A stretch of 64,000 nt of DNA, from NCBI GenBank assembly GCA_965601665.1, contig OZ271833.1, forward strand, positions 5,092 to 69,091, written 5' to 3'. The stretch's first letter is position 1. Each line of letters starts with the position of its first letter. Positions 1-9,981 of this stretch are shown one piece after another. A program made the translations under genes and the position numbers. Below the pieces are notes generated by a model that did not search any database, was not told the DNA's origin, and saw only the letters and a list, made by a program, of their open reading frames with translations. Source of the stretch: Gammaproteobacteria bacterium (GTDB lineage Bacteria; Pseudomonadota; Gammaproteobacteria; Eutrophobiales; Eutrophobiaceae).

Positions 1-1
1 A

Positions 2-913
2 AAGTGGTGGGAACTTAGAGCGAGCATTAAGCGTTCACGACGCACATACGTGACGGCGTGTATCGCATTTTTATTGCTGATCATATTCATCGTTCCCTGG
101 AAATCCACGGTTTCAATGCCGGCCATGTTGATGAGTGGACAAACCTTTACCGTCTTTGCACCCGGTGCAGCACAAATTCAAGTCAATAACATGCGAGAAG
201 GTCTGCGTGTTAGTAAAGGCGATATTTTAATTGAGCTAAGTGCGCAAGAGATTGATAAGGATATTGAGCTTACACGTTTACGTATTGAGCAGCTTAAACT
301 ACAGGCGAGACGTATCGCAGCCAGTGAGAAAGAGCTGGATAACGTACAGGTAATTATTCAGCAATTGCAGGAGAGTCGCTCACGCTTGAAATCGTTGCTC
401 GATCTGCAAAAGAAAATGCTGGTGCGTTCACCTATCAATGGTGTGCTGCAGGACGTGACCACCTCTTTGCACAACGGTCGCTGGATAGATCAAACATTAC
501 CACTTGCCAATATAGTCGTACCTAAAGACGTAGTGATCGAAGGCCTACTAGGTGAAGAACAGCTGCACCTGGTCAAGTTGCAGGCCCCGGCCAGGTTTGT
601 ACCGGACAACGCCCAGATCAAATCCATCTGGGGAATTGTTTTTGATATAGAAGAAGCGGACATGAAAGTACTGGATTTGCCGGCGTTGTCATCGGTAAAT
701 GGTGGTACGGTACCGTCTACACAGAATCAGGACGGCCAGCTAATACCCAATCGATCCATCTATCGATTGCGCGCCATGGTCAGCGAAGTAGAGCAGCTTG
801 AACTGGAACAGGTGTTAAGGGGCGTACTTCATGTTGAAGCAGAAAAAGAGAGTTTCCTGTCGCGAGCTTATAAACTGGTGATGACTGTGCTCATCAGGGA
901 GTCAGGCTTTTAA
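2..913 (+). CDS. HlyD-family membrane-fusion / secretion adaptor protein, C-terminal part (5' end outside window)
   Basis: ORF 50..913 stays open in frame back to position 2; coiled-coil stretch (IELTRLRIEQLKLQARRIAASEKEL) followed by beta-rich C-terminal region as in HlyD/MFP adaptors. Confidence 0.5.
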   Translation, partial: KWWELRASIKRSRRTYVTACIAFLLLIIFIVPWKSTVSMPAMLMSGQTFTVFAPGAAQIQVNNMREGLRVSKGDILIELSAQEIDKDIELTRLRIEQLKLQARRIAASEKELDNVQVIIQQLQESRSRLKSLLDLQKKMLVRSPINGVLQDVTTSLHNGRWIDQTLPLANIVVPKDVVIEGLLGEEQLHLVKLQAPARFVPDNAQIKSIWGIVFDIEEADMKVLDLPALSSVNGGTVPSTQNQDGQLIPNRSIYRLRAMVSEVEQLELEQVLRGVLHVEAEKESFLSRAYKLVMTVLIRESGF

Positions 914-926
914 AGCGAGTAATTGT

Positions 927-1403
927 CTAACCTTCGCTAATTTCATTCATATCAGGGGCAGTCTGCCAAATTCGATAATGCACTTCCGCTGCCTCCGGGA
1001 CATAGACGACAATGGGTAAACGGCTATTGTAACGCACCAGGAAGGGTTCCCCGCCAAGGCTTATAAATCGGTCTACCGATGCCGAATGGGGGTCAACAGC
1101 CATTAATGTGCCAATCATTTGACCAAGGTCAGGGACGATATAACGCGTATAGCCCCAGCCTTCGATGTTTTTCGATTCTATCTTGCCGGAAAAGAAATAG
1201 CGGTTTTGTGTGTCGGTTTTTACTGTCTTACCAATAATCAGTTCGACTTGATAGAGAGACTCGTCCTCCTGTTTTGGTAGTTCGAGGACATGCCTTGTCA
1301 TTCCCTGTGCGGCTTGCGGAAAGGCTTTCAAATTGTCTGCCGCATGTGCGGTCAGCATCGTAACGATCATCATGACCAGGGCGAATGTTATTTGTTTGTC
1401 CAT
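927..1403 (-). CDS. eco: ecotin, periplasmic serine-protease inhibitor
   Basis: 158 aa with signal peptide; matches E. coli ecotin, recalled from memory, along its length (PQAAQGM.RHV..LP.QEDES...VELIIGKT...GWGY..Y...RYNSRLPIVVYVP...V.YRIW). Confidence 0.9.
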   Translation of the reverse strand: MDKQITFALVMMIVTMLTAHAADNLKAFPQAAQGMTRHVLELPKQEDESLYQVELIIGKTVKTDTQNRYFFSGKIESKNIEGWGYTRYIVPDLGQMIGTLMAVDPHSASVDRFISLGGEPFLVRYNSRLPIVVYVPEAAEVHYRIWQTAPDMNEISEG

Positions 1404-1642
1404 GTTGGTTCCGTGTTTTAAAAGGTTAGTCCCGGGTTTGTTTTGTCAATCTTTCCTGTCCATCATACGTCTATCGGCTCTTGAAGTTAATAAGATACTG
1501 ATTTTAAATGTAAATACTCCTTGAAATAACGGCCGATTGTTGCTAAAGAATGATCAATATAGTCCGATAAAATACTAGTGGCTGCGCTTTACCAGAACAT
1601 GGATGTATGCCAGATTGTCAATCTTAAAAACAAATTGATTAC

Positions 1643-2899
1643 ATGTTTGTAAAAAACAAACCCGCGACGCTGGAAGGAACGAGAATCGGGCGCTACGATC
1701 TGAATAAAATCATTGGTAGCGGCACGTTTGGCGAAGTCTACAAGGCATTTGACCATGAACTGCGTAGGCACGTTGCAATAAAAGTACGTTCCGTGGACCT
1801 TGTTAATGGCAAATTTAACAAGGAATCGGTCATACGAGAGGCGCGTATACATGCCCTCGCCGAGCACTCCAATATTGTACCTGTGTATGACATCATCGAT
1901 TATAAAAAGTCAGTATTGATAGTCATGCGCCTCGTGAATGGTGGCGATCTGGACCAAATACTGGGCAACCAACGTCAACCGTTCAAGGTAAACCAGGCAT
2001 TAAAGATCATGCAAAAGATACTCTGGGCAATGGAGTATGCTCATAATCTGGGTATCGTTCATCTTGATCTCAAACCGGGTAATATCCGTATCAGTCTGAG
2101 TGGCGAAGTGCTCATTATGGATTTTGGTATTGCTACCTTTCTCGAAGAACAGTCCTTCCTGGACGGGAAACCGAACGGTACGCCGTCATATATGTCACCT
2201 GAGCATATCAATTGCGAGCATATGGATGCCCGCGCGGATATCTACTCTCTGGGCATTATTCTGTACAAGATGTTGACCGGCCGGCACCCGTTTACCAAGG
2301 CGAAAAATGTTAATGAAATGCTTAAAAGCCATCTGGAAACACCAGTTAGCAAACCTTCTGTTTTAGTTGACACAATACCGGACAAAGTTGATATGGTTTT
2401 GTTGAAGGCACTCGAAAAAAATCCACGTAAGCGCTTTCATTCCTGTCGAGAATTTGTGCAGGCACTTGAAAGGGCCGTGGGTATCGATACTGGCACTGAA
2501 GATATGGATAAGGAATTGCGCTGGGACCATCGCGCAGCCGTCACACTTAAAGTGCGAATTCAATGCCAGACTGATGCCGGTTTTATTTTTGCCGAAACAG
2601 TCAACCTGTCCGTTAGCGGCGCCAACTTGCGAGTAACATCCGACGTTGCAGTTGGCAGCCGGATCTTTCTCGAGTTTTACATCCCGTCAGATTCCGAGGA
2701 TGATTATTTAAAGGTGACGACCAACGCAACCGTACTATGGAAAGACATCAACCATGGCCAGGATGATATTTCTATTGGTGTCAGCTTCAATGATTTGCAG
2801 GACATGGAGCGTTACCGTATTAGTGTTTATGTACGTAATCGCATCATGGAAGGGGATATTGATGAATTACCTACTGAAAGAACAATGACGTATTCCTGA
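1643..2899 (+). CDS. Hanks-type Ser/Thr protein kinase fused to a C-terminal PilZ (c-di-GMP-binding) domain
   Basis: Glycine loop GSGTFGEV, VAIK lysine, catalytic loop HLDLKPGN (non-RD), DFG, SPE; C-terminal 120 aa carry the PilZ motifs RWDHR (RxxxR) and NLSVSG (D/NxSxxG). Confidence 0.8.
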   Translation: MFVKNKPATLEGTRIGRYDLNKIIGSGTFGEVYKAFDHELRRHVAIKVRSVDLVNGKFNKESVIREARIHALAEHSNIVPVYDIIDYKKSVLIVMRLVNGGDLDQILGNQRQPFKVNQALKIMQKILWAMEYAHNLGIVHLDLKPGNIRISLSGEVLIMDFGIATFLEEQSFLDGKPNGTPSYMSPEHINCEHMDARADIYSLGIILYKMLTGRHPFTKAKNVNEMLKSHLETPVSKPSVLVDTIPDKVDMVLLKALEKNPRKRFHSCREFVQALERAVGIDTGTEDMDKELRWDHRAAVTLKVRIQCQTDAGFIFAETVNLSVSGANLRVTSDVAVGSRIFLEFYIPSDSEDDYLKVTTNATVLWKDINHGQDDISIGVSFNDLQDMERYRISVYVRNRIMEGDIDELPTERTMTYS

Positions 2900-3200
2900 A
2901 AAACAGGCATATTCCGCAATTCCCTATCTAGCCTGCATCTCTTGATTTCTTGCCCTTGTAAAGAGCCCTTGACTTCAGCATTTAGCGAGGATAATTTAAG
3001 TTTAGATTGTTTCTAAATGTTTTATTAAAAATAGTAAAAACAATAAGTTATACATTTAGACGAGAGCGTAAATGGTGCAAAAACGCATACAATCTGAAGG
3101 GTAAATGTGAAAGTCAGTTTTATTGCTGCAAAATGCAACAAAATGCTTCCTTTGCCAGTTATTTCAATTAATGCATTGATTCTTAAACGATTTTATTACC

Positions 3201-3228
3201 TTGCATAAACAGGTTAAGGGTCTATAAT
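3201..3228 (+). promoter_or_regulatory. sigma70-type promoter TTGCAT-16-TATAAT for the small ORF at 3260
   Basis: ttgcat (3201-3206), 16-nt spacer, tataat (3223-3228), about 30 nt upstream of the ATG at 3260. Confidence 0.45.
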
Positions 3229-3259
3229 TTGTGCATTGCAACAATGGCCGTGATGTTTG

Positions 3260-3481
3260 ATGGATGCCAAAAGTCATATAAATACCGCTGAGCAACTCTC
3301 CGAGCTCAAGCAAAATATAGAGACGCTAATCTCTGATGTTCAGGATGTCAGGCTGGCGAATGAGCTAAGTAAACTTACCCAGGTAAGACTGGTTGATTTG
3401 CAATATTCTGCCAAGCTTGTCATTGAACAGTTAAAAGAGCACCTGGACGACGAGCAGGATGTCAGTAAAGATTGTGCCTGA
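3260..3481 (+). CDS. small helical protein of unknown function (73 aa)
   Basis: ORF with good upstream promoter; coiled-coil-like heptads; no recognisable domain (ORF track start 3257 is TTG; ATG at 3260). Confidence 0.35.
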   Translation: MDAKSHINTAEQLSELKQNIETLISDVQDVRLANELSKLTQVRLVDLQYSAKLVIEQLKEHLDDEQDVSKDCA

Positions 3482-3483
3482 GC

Positions 3484-4434
3484 TTATGCACTTTGCATAA
3501 GAAATTGATCATAACGTTTACAAAATTCATCCAGCATTTCAAAGTAAGATAAGGCGCCTGTTTCAAACACAGAAAATTGCCAATTGCTTTTCACTTGTAA
3601 CGTTTCTTTCCAGCAGTAGTTCGTGAAGTCTCCTCTTACGCCATGACTCATCCAGATTGGATGGGGCAGTGATTCGTAGATAGTATTAATATCCTGGCTA
3701 AACATAAAACCCGACAAAAAATAAAAGGGCGCATAGCATGCGCCGGGTTGCTTCGTCGATAGATACGAATATTCGTACATGACTTCGTCGATCTGCTTCG
3801 ACCCCCAGGTTTTTTGCAGGAAAAAACGCACGCTGCGACGGGATGTCAACAATGAGAATAGTGTCTCTCCGATGATGGAAAACCTAAGCACGCGCAGGAA
3901 GGCAGGCATGCCCCTGTTGCTTAAGGGTTCATCCTTGTATGGATATTGTTTATTAAAACCGGTAGGTGCTACGAATGCCAGGCTTTGGTAAGCGTCAGGT
4001 GATTCATGCGCTGCGCGTGCCAGGAATTCACAGGATGTCGAAACAGCGAGTGCATCGAGTGCCTTGCACTCATGATTTGACAGTATTCGGTTACAGATAG
4101 CGTGAACTGCATCAGTCATCAGGCGCGGAGTGTATTCTCGGTCGCTCCTTTCTGAAAAACCATAGCCAGGTAGGTCAATGGCATAAACAGGGCGCGTTTG
4201 ACGATAGTGCTCGTACAACGGCCTTATCTCATGCGCACCGGCAGCAGCATTAATAGTATGTATAAGTAATAGAGGCGTTGTATTCGCCGGGTTGTCGGGT
4301 GCGTCTGTGTAGTAACTAATGACGCCAGCGTCGGAGTCGAACGTCTCCCGTTTGCCCGGTAAAGCATGTTCAAGTGTCATGGTATTATGAAAACATGGCG
4401 TGGTCGCCAAGTTCCTGTCCGCTGTTACCTTCAT
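3484..4434 (-). CDS. alpha/beta-hydrolase fold protein (alternative start at 4380)
   Basis: 316-aa ORF; LLLIHTINAAAGAHE...YAIDLPGYGFSE is an alpha/beta-hydrolase N-terminal pattern; in apparent operon with the downstream NmrA-like gene (ATG at 4380 is 4 nt from its stop). Confidence 0.55.
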   Translation of the reverse strand: MKVTADRNLATTPCFHNTMTLEHALPGKRETFDSDAGVISYYTDAPDNPANTTPLLLIHTINAAAGAHEIRPLYEHYRQTRPVYAIDLPGYGFSERSDREYTPRLMTDAVHAICNRILSNHECKALDALAVSTSCEFLARAAHESPDAYQSLAFVAPTGFNKQYPYKDEPLSNRGMPAFLRVLRFSIIGETLFSLLTSRRSVRFFLQKTWGSKQIDEVMYEYSYLSTKQPGACYAPFYFLSGFMFSQDINTIYESLPHPIWMSHGVRGDFTNYCWKETLQVKSNWQFSVFETGALSYFEMLDEFCKRYDQFLMQSA

Positions 4435-5449
4435 CGATAACTCGCCTGTAGAAATCTTTCAACGTATCATTCCCATGGGAAGGGGTCATGTCAGCATCAT
4501 AACTGTTGGTTTCAGGATCCAGTAAGAGCATTGATTCTGTCGCGTAGTATTGACCGATTCGGGCAAATTCAATTTTGTCCCTGATCCTGGGTATAAGCCA
4601 TGACACGGGTGTTAATAAGGCAATGACTAACGTGAAAAGTTGCACCGGCACATGCCGGTAGCGAGGTGTTCGCTGACACAACTCAAACAGGAGTTGACCC
4701 TGTTCCAGCGGCGTAACGGCCGGGCCAGGCCCGCCAACAGGTAGTACTTGCCTGTGCTTGTTACTATCTTCCAGACAATCTGCGATGAAGCTTGCCAGAT
4801 CAGGTTCACTAATAGGTTTGCAGGAAGTGAGCTTGCCATCACCAAACACGATGAACGGTTTACCTTTCTTTACGGCCGCTACCTGCCCAGCGAGTGACTT
4901 AAAAAACGCGGTGGGACGCACAATGGAATAATTGATTCCCGAATCAACCAGTTCCTGTTCAAACCCAAGCTTGGCAAGTTGAAAGGCCAAGCGTGGTTTT
5001 TGTACGCAGATTGCAGATAGCAGGATGAACTGTGATATGCCACTTTGTTTAGCTGCAGCCAGTAATAAACTGTTTGCATGATAATCTATGCGGTTTGCAT
5101 CAGCGCTAGTACCGGTTCGTGAAGCAAGACAGGAGATAACCGCGTCAAAACCTTCATCGCAAAAACCCTGTTCAATAATCGATGACAGCTCACATACATT
5201 ACCAAACCGGACTTCAGAACCTTGCAGTTTTTCACGGGTCTGTTGCGGACCGCTCTTGCCGTTGATACCAGAGTGTTCGCGCGCAAAACTGACTACGTCG
5301 TAACCACGCTCAACCAGTTCCCTGACGACATGCCTGCCAATATAGCCGGTTGCCCCGGCTACGAATATTCGCTTTAACGGACGCTGGTTGTCTTTATGGA
5401 TTGGCATAATACTGCGTAATGTTATCGACAGAGTTGTAATAAAATACAA
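4385..5449 (-). CDS. NmrA-like NAD(P)H-binding protein resembling BciA-type 3,8-divinyl (proto)chlorophyllide 8-vinyl reductase (DVR); likely start at internal Met (5407)
   Basis: Rossmann motif IFVAGATGYIGRHVVRELVERGYDVVSFAREHSGINGK closely resembles the N-terminus of plant DVR / NmrA-family reductases as I recall them. Confidence 0.55.
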   Translation of the reverse strand: MYFITTLSITLRSIMPIHKDNQRPLKRIFVAGATGYIGRHVVRELVERGYDVVSFAREHSGINGKSGPQQTREKLQGSEVRFGNVCELSSIIEQGFCDEGFDAVISCLASRTGTSADANRIDYHANSLLLAAAKQSGISQFILLSAICVQKPRLAFQLAKLGFEQELVDSGINYSIVRPTAFFKSLAGQVAAVKKGKPFIVFGDGKLTSCKPISEPDLASFIADCLEDSNKHRQVLPVGGPGPAVTPLEQGQLLFELCQRTPRYRHVPVQLFTLVIALLTPVSWLIPRIRDKIEFARIGQYYATESMLLLDPETNSYDADMTPSHGNDTLKDFYRRVIDEGNSGQELGDHAMFS

Positions 5450-5571
5450 GTGCTAGTGTATTACTTCCTGCCCGTTACAAACAGGGGGCGACGATGCACT
5501 ATTTCCGTTCTATACTGATACTGAATACACAGTAATGATGTGGTCACAGAGGTTCAACATAAACATATCGG

Positions 5572-6000
5572 ATGATGAAGGGATTGGTATACATTAGCAG
5601 GGCTACAACCCCTTTTTCGGCTGAAGAGCTGAAGGCATTGGCGAAGCAGGCAGCTGCGAGAAATAGAAAGCATCATATTACCGGTTATCTTTCTTACGAT
5701 AGTGAAGACAGATTTATTCAGTATATTGAGGGCGAAGAAGAAGAGGTACAGCAACTGTTTGATCTTGTCTTCCGTGATAACCGCCATCGTATCACGCATT
5801 ATCTTCGCCACGATATTGAGACAAGGAAATTTTCCAGCTGGAACATGCACTTGATCATAGACAATGAGTTCAAGGATATTCATGATCTGATGATGAATCA
5901 TTTATTTCACATAACTTCTGCGCCGAGTATGGTCAACTTCAAGAACAGGCTTATCTGGAACACGGTTGATGCACTTGCCGAGGCCAGTGCCGTTCAATAA
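5572..6000 (+). CDS. BLUF-domain blue-light FAD photoreceptor (short, stand-alone)
   Basis: LVYISRA...ITGYLSY...QYIEG...RDNRH are the hallmark BLUF motifs (conserved Tyr, Gln, and N/RH). Confidence 0.85.
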   Translation: MMKGLVYISRATTPFSAEELKALAKQAAARNRKHHITGYLSYDSEDRFIQYIEGEEEEVQQLFDLVFRDNRHRITHYLRHDIETRKFSSWNMHLIIDNEFKDIHDLMMNHLFHITSAPSMVNFKNRLIWNTVDALAEASAVQ

Positions 6001-6056
6001 TTACCGGTACCGGCAAGCACTGTATATCAGACCTACGTAGCAAATGGCATTTAACG

Positions 6057-8219
6057 ATGAGTGAATGCTGCCATCACAAGCATCAAGCTGAATCCGAACC
6101 GGTAGTCACTACTACCGGGTTTCTTTATATCTGTCCGATGTGCCCGGGCGTGGGCAGTATGAAGCCAGACAGTTGTCAAAAATGTGGCATGGCGCTTGAG
6201 CCCGCAGAGCCCTGGCTGGAACAGGACACGACAGAGTTAAGCGATATGTGGACCCGCTTGCTTGTGTGTTTGTTGTTGACCTTACCGGTTTTTATTAGCG
6301 CCATGTTTCCCCAGGTTTTGCAGGGAATATTTGAAGACAAGGCGAGGCAATGGCTTGAATTGGCCTTATCAATACCGGTGGTATTGTGGGGCGCATGGCC
6401 GTTTTTCAGGAAGGCATGGCTTTCCATAGTTTCGCGTCAACTGAATATGTTTACGCTCATTGGCCTCGGTGTCGGCGTGGCCTTTTTGTACAGCACAGCA
6501 GCGGTAATCATTCCTGACTCATTTCCAGCCACGGTGAAAAACGATGCTGGCCTGGTCATGGTGTACTTTGAAGCGGCAACCGTCATTACCTGCCTGGTCT
6601 TGCTTGGACAGGTACTTGAGTTACGTGCACGAGGTAAAACAAGTTCGGCAATACGGCAGTTACTGGCGCTGTCGCCACAGAGCGCGAACCTGCTTCACGA
6701 AGATGGTAGCGAGGAAACCATTGCCGTCTCTGCAGTTAAGGTTGCTGACAGGCTTCGCATTCGTCCCGGTGAAAAGATACCGGTAGATGGGGTCGTAGTT
6801 GAAGGCAGTAGCCATGTGGATGAATCCATGCTGAGCGGCGAACCGATGGCAATCGCGAAGCAACCGGGTGACAGGTTAATCGGCGCCACTATTAATGGTA
6901 GTGGCAGCCTGATCATGGAAGTAACCAGCATAGGTAAAGACACCTTGTTGGCGCAAATCGTGAAACTGGTAGCCGAGGCACAGCGTTCTCGTGCGCCTGT
7001 GCAGAAACTGGTTGATACAGTGGCAGCTTATTTTGTTCCTGCTGTTATTGTTGTGGCAGTGATAACGTTTTTTACCTGGTATCTTATTGGCCCGGAACCA
7101 GGACTGGCGTTTGCCGTTGTTAATGCTGTGGCCGTACTGATCATTGCCTGCCCCTGCGCGCTGGGACTGGCAACACCCATGTCTATCACGGTGGGGACAG
7201 GTCGTGGTGCAGAGATGGGTGTATTGATTCGTAATGGCGAAACGCTTGAGGCAATGGAAAAGATCGACACCGTGGTCGTGGATAAAACCGGTACGTTGAC
7301 CGAGGGCAAACCAGCATTGGTGAAAATACAAGTAGCAAGCGAGTTTTCAGAAGACGCCGTATTGCAACGACTCGCAAGCCTGGAAATGATAAGCGAACAT
7401 CCGCTTGCCGCTGCAATCGTATCTCATGCAAAACAGAAGGGACTAACGCTGTCGAGCTGTACTGAATTTGAGGCGCAGGCAGGGATTGGTATAAAGGGAA
7501 AGGTAGATGGTCACCTCGTTGCAGCAGGAAACGAACAAATGCTTGAAAGGTGTCGTATTGAGCAAAACAGGCTGACCAGGGATGCAGCGCAACTTCGCGA
7601 ACTTGGGCAAACCGTCGTGTATATACTTATTGACTCTTGCCTGGCTGGTCTCGTAAGCGTGACCGATCCGGTTAAACACTCAACACCTGCAGCAATTGAG
7701 CAACTACGTGCATCCGGAATAGATGTCGTCATGCTGACTGGTGATAATCACATAACGGCCCGTGCAGTAGCAAAGCAGCTGGATATTAAACATGTTTATG
7801 CCGACGTATTACCCACTGCCAAGGCAGACGTTATAAGGGACCTTCAGAATCAGGGACGCGTGGTGGCCATGGCGGGCGACGGCATCAATGATGCGCCGGC
7901 ATTGGCCAAGGCACAGGTTGGCATTGCCATGGGAACGGGTACCGATGTGGCGATAGAAAGTGCCGGTGTAACGCTGGTGAAAGGTGATTTGCTAGGTATC
8001 GTCAGGGCACAACACCTGAGCCGCGAGACCATGCGTAATATCAGGCAAAACCTGTTTTTTGCCTTTATCTATAATGCGATTGGTGTACCGGTTGCGGCAG
8101 GTGCCCTGTATCCATTGCTGGGTATCGTACTGTCGCCAATGCTCGCGGCATTGGCAATGAGCCTGAGTTCTATATCGGTAATCACCAACGCGCTGCGTTT
8201 GAAGACGGTGGCACTGTAG
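6057..8219 (+). CDS. copA: Cu(I)-translocating P1B-type ATPase
   Basis: CPC transmembrane motif ([13 protein letters not shown]), DKTGTLT phosphorylation site, GDGINDAP; N-terminal Cys-rich metal-binding region CPMCPG...CQKCGM. Confidence 0.9.
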   Translation: MSECCHHKHQAESEPVVTTTGFLYICPMCPGVGSMKPDSCQKCGMALEPAEPWLEQDTTELSDMWTRLLVCLLLTLPVFISAMFPQVLQGIFEDKARQWLELALSIPVVLWGAWPFFRKAWLSIVSRQLNMFTLIGLGVGVAFLYSTAAVIIPDSFPATVKNDAGLVMVYFEAATVITCLVLLGQVLELRARGKTSSAIRQLLALSPQSANLLHEDGSEETIAVSAVKVADRLRIRPGEKIPVDGVVVEGSSHVDESMLSGEPMAIAKQPGDRLIGATINGSGSLIMEVTSIGKDTLLAQIVKLVAEAQRSRAPVQKLVDTVAAYFVPAVIVVAVITFFTWYLIGPEPGLAFAVVNAVAVLIIACPCALGLATPMSITVGTGRGAEMGVLIRNGETLEAMEKIDTVVVDKTGTLTEGKPALVKIQVASEFSEDAVLQRLASLEMISEHPLAAAIVSHAKQKGLTLSSCTEFEAQAGIGIKGKVDGHLVAAGNEQMLERCRIEQNRLTRDAAQLRELGQTVVYILIDSCLAGLVSVTDPVKHSTPAAIEQLRASGIDVVMLTGDNHITARAVAKQLDIKHVYADVLPTAKADVIRDLQNQGRVVAMAGDGINDAPALAKAQVGIAMGTGTDVAIESAGVTLVKGDLLGIVRAQHLSRETMRNIRQNLFFAFIYNAIGVPVAAGALYPLLGIVLSPMLAALAMSLSSISVITNALRLKTVAL

Positions 8220-8230
8220 GCCACCGGGCG

Positions 8231-9607
8231 CTAAATCATTTTAGAGAAACGTTTCGAAGGTTTGTCCTTACTCATATATTGGTCAAACACAGCGCATATA
8301 TTGCGAATAAAGAAGCGACCTGCTGCCATAATCCGAATTTTTTCATGATCAATGGTGAGCAAATTATCTTCTACCATAGGCGTAAGCCGCTCCAGCTCTC
8401 CTGCAAAGTATTCACGGAAGTCAATTCTGTAGAGCTTCTCTATCTCTGAGAAATAAACATTGAAATGACAGATTAATTGCGAAATCACATCACGTCGCAA
8501 CTCATCATCAAAGCTGAGTTGGTAGCCACGAAAAACCGGGATCTGTCCTTTCTCAATGGCGGCATGGTAGTCTTCCAGCGTGCGGTAATTCTGTGAGTAG
8601 CTGTTACCGATCTTGCTGATAGAAGTAACGCCCAGGCCTACGACGTCACAGTTTGCGTTGGTCGAATAGCCCTGGAAATTGCGATACAGGTGACCCTCGC
8701 GCTGTGCCACGGCCAATTCATCATCGGGTTTGGCAAAATGGTCCATACCGATATAGACGTAACCGGCGTCGGTGAGTGCGCGTATAGCCCGTTCAAGTAT
8801 TTCCAGTTTGATATCAGCCGTAGGCAGTTCAGCCTCGTTGATTTGTTTTTGTACCTTGAAGATATGTGGTAAGTGGGCGTAATTGTAAATCGCAATACGC
8901 TCCGGTGAGAGCGTAATGACCTTTTCAATAGTATCGGTGAATGTGGCGACTGTTTGTTTAGGCAAGCCATAAATCAGATCAATATTGACAGAATGAAAAC
9001 CAAACTCGCGGGCATCGTTGAACGCCGACAGGGTTTCCTCGTATGACTGGTTACGGTTAACGGCCGACTGCACTGCTGGATTAAAATCCTGCACACCAAG
9101 GCTCAATCGATTAAAGCCAAGGTTTCTTAACAGGGAGAGCGTTTTTGTGTCGACCTGGCGTGGATCAATCTCTATTGAATATTCACCTGTATCGTCTTCG
9201 AGGAATCTGAAATGCTTCTTTAGTTTCAACATCAAGCTCAGTATCTGCTCGTAGCTGATAAATGTTGGCGTACCGCCACCCCAGTGTAATTGCTTCACCA
9301 CGCGGTCGCCGTCGAACAGCCTGGCCTGCATCTCTATTTCACGGAACAGGTCCTGCAAATAGGGGCGGGCGCGCTCACGGTTTGCGGTAATAATCTTGTT
9401 ACAGGCACAGTAGTAACAAACGGTATTACAGAACGGCAGGTGAACGTATAGCGAAAGCGGCTTGGGTACAAGTTCCTCGTTGGTGCTTTCCGTCAGTTGC
9501 TGGTACTGGTCCATACCAAACTTTTCGTTGAATTCGAGCGCAGACGGGTAAGACGTGTAGCGTGGTCCGGATAAATCGTAGCGACCAATCAATTCCTTGT
9601 TAAACAT
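8231..9607 (-). CDS. hemN: oxygen-independent coproporphyrinogen III oxidase (radical SAM)
   Basis: 458 aa; N-terminus GPRYTSYPSALEF and CxxxCxxC cluster LPFCNTVCYYCACN, HemN-length protein. Confidence 0.93.
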   Translation of the reverse strand: MFNKELIGRYDLSGPRYTSYPSALEFNEKFGMDQYQQLTESTNEELVPKPLSLYVHLPFCNTVCYYCACNKIITANRERARPYLQDLFREIEMQARLFDGDRVVKQLHWGGGTPTFISYEQILSLMLKLKKHFRFLEDDTGEYSIEIDPRQVDTKTLSLLRNLGFNRLSLGVQDFNPAVQSAVNRNQSYEETLSAFNDAREFGFHSVNIDLIYGLPKQTVATFTDTIEKVITLSPERIAIYNYAHLPHIFKVQKQINEAELPTADIKLEILERAIRALTDAGYVYIGMDHFAKPDDELAVAQREGHLYRNFQGYSTNANCDVVGLGVTSISKIGNSYSQNYRTLEDYHAAIEKGQIPVFRGYQLSFDDELRRDVISQLICHFNVYFSEIEKLYRIDFREYFAGELERLTPMVEDNLLTIDHEKIRIMAAGRFFIRNICAVFDQYMSKDKPSKRFSKMI

Positions 9608-9668
9608 AGATCTCTTTACCTAAATCAAGGGTAGGATGAAAGTCTAGACAAGATTCAGCTTTGGCAGC

Positions 9669-9682
9669 TTGATTCAGATCAA
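9669..9682. promoter_or_regulatory. perfect FNR box TTGATTCAGATCAA upstream of hemN
   Basis: TTGAT-N4-ATCAA palindrome centred about 68 bp upstream of the hemN start codon; fnr gene present at 43574. Confidence 0.6.
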
Positions 9683-9904
9683 GTATTTGCCGCTCTGGAT
9701 GCTTTTCAGAGGCATTTTCGCCGGCTTCTATTGTGCTAGAATAGGGCGTAACTTCACCGGGTTACACACTGTGTCTGTAGCTCAACTGGATGACGTGCAG
9801 GATGCACGAATATCGCGAAGGCAGGACGCCGGGAGCGATGAGAGTATGCAGCGCGAAGCGCTGATAAATTCTTGTATAATGGCAGTAATGAAAACCTCTA
9901 TCGT

Positions 9905-9981
9905 GCGCCTGTAGCTCAACTGGATAGAGTATCGGGCTTCGAACCCGAGGGTTGGGGGTTCGAGTCCCTCCGGGCGCGCCA
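9905..9981 (+). tRNA. tRNA-Arg (anticodon read as UCG), 77 nt including encoded CCA
   Basis: Manual cloverleaf: acceptor GCGCCTG/CGGGCGC, D-arm GCTC..GAGT with GG in loop, anticodon stem TCGGG/CCCGA, loop C-U-UCG-A-A, T-arm GGGGG-TTCGAGT-CCCTC, CCA. The anticodon assignment should be confirmed with tRNAscan-SE. Confidence 0.8.

Noticed and set aside
1333-1867. ORFs 1333..1524(+) and 1589..1867(-) overlapping the ecotin start and the kinase start
   Set aside because: They are short, overlap confident genes and have no features.
3779-3991. 70-aa plus-strand ORF inside the alpha/beta-hydrolase gene
   Set aside because: Antisense to a supported gene and Arg/Lys-rich low-complexity.
6176-8032. 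Numerous 60-150-aa ORFs antisense or out of frame within copA; the same holds inside nirB, nasA, ccoI, nrtCD and the heme-operon genes
   Set aside because: They are fully nested in long, well-supported genes with clear family signatures, so they are treated as spurious.
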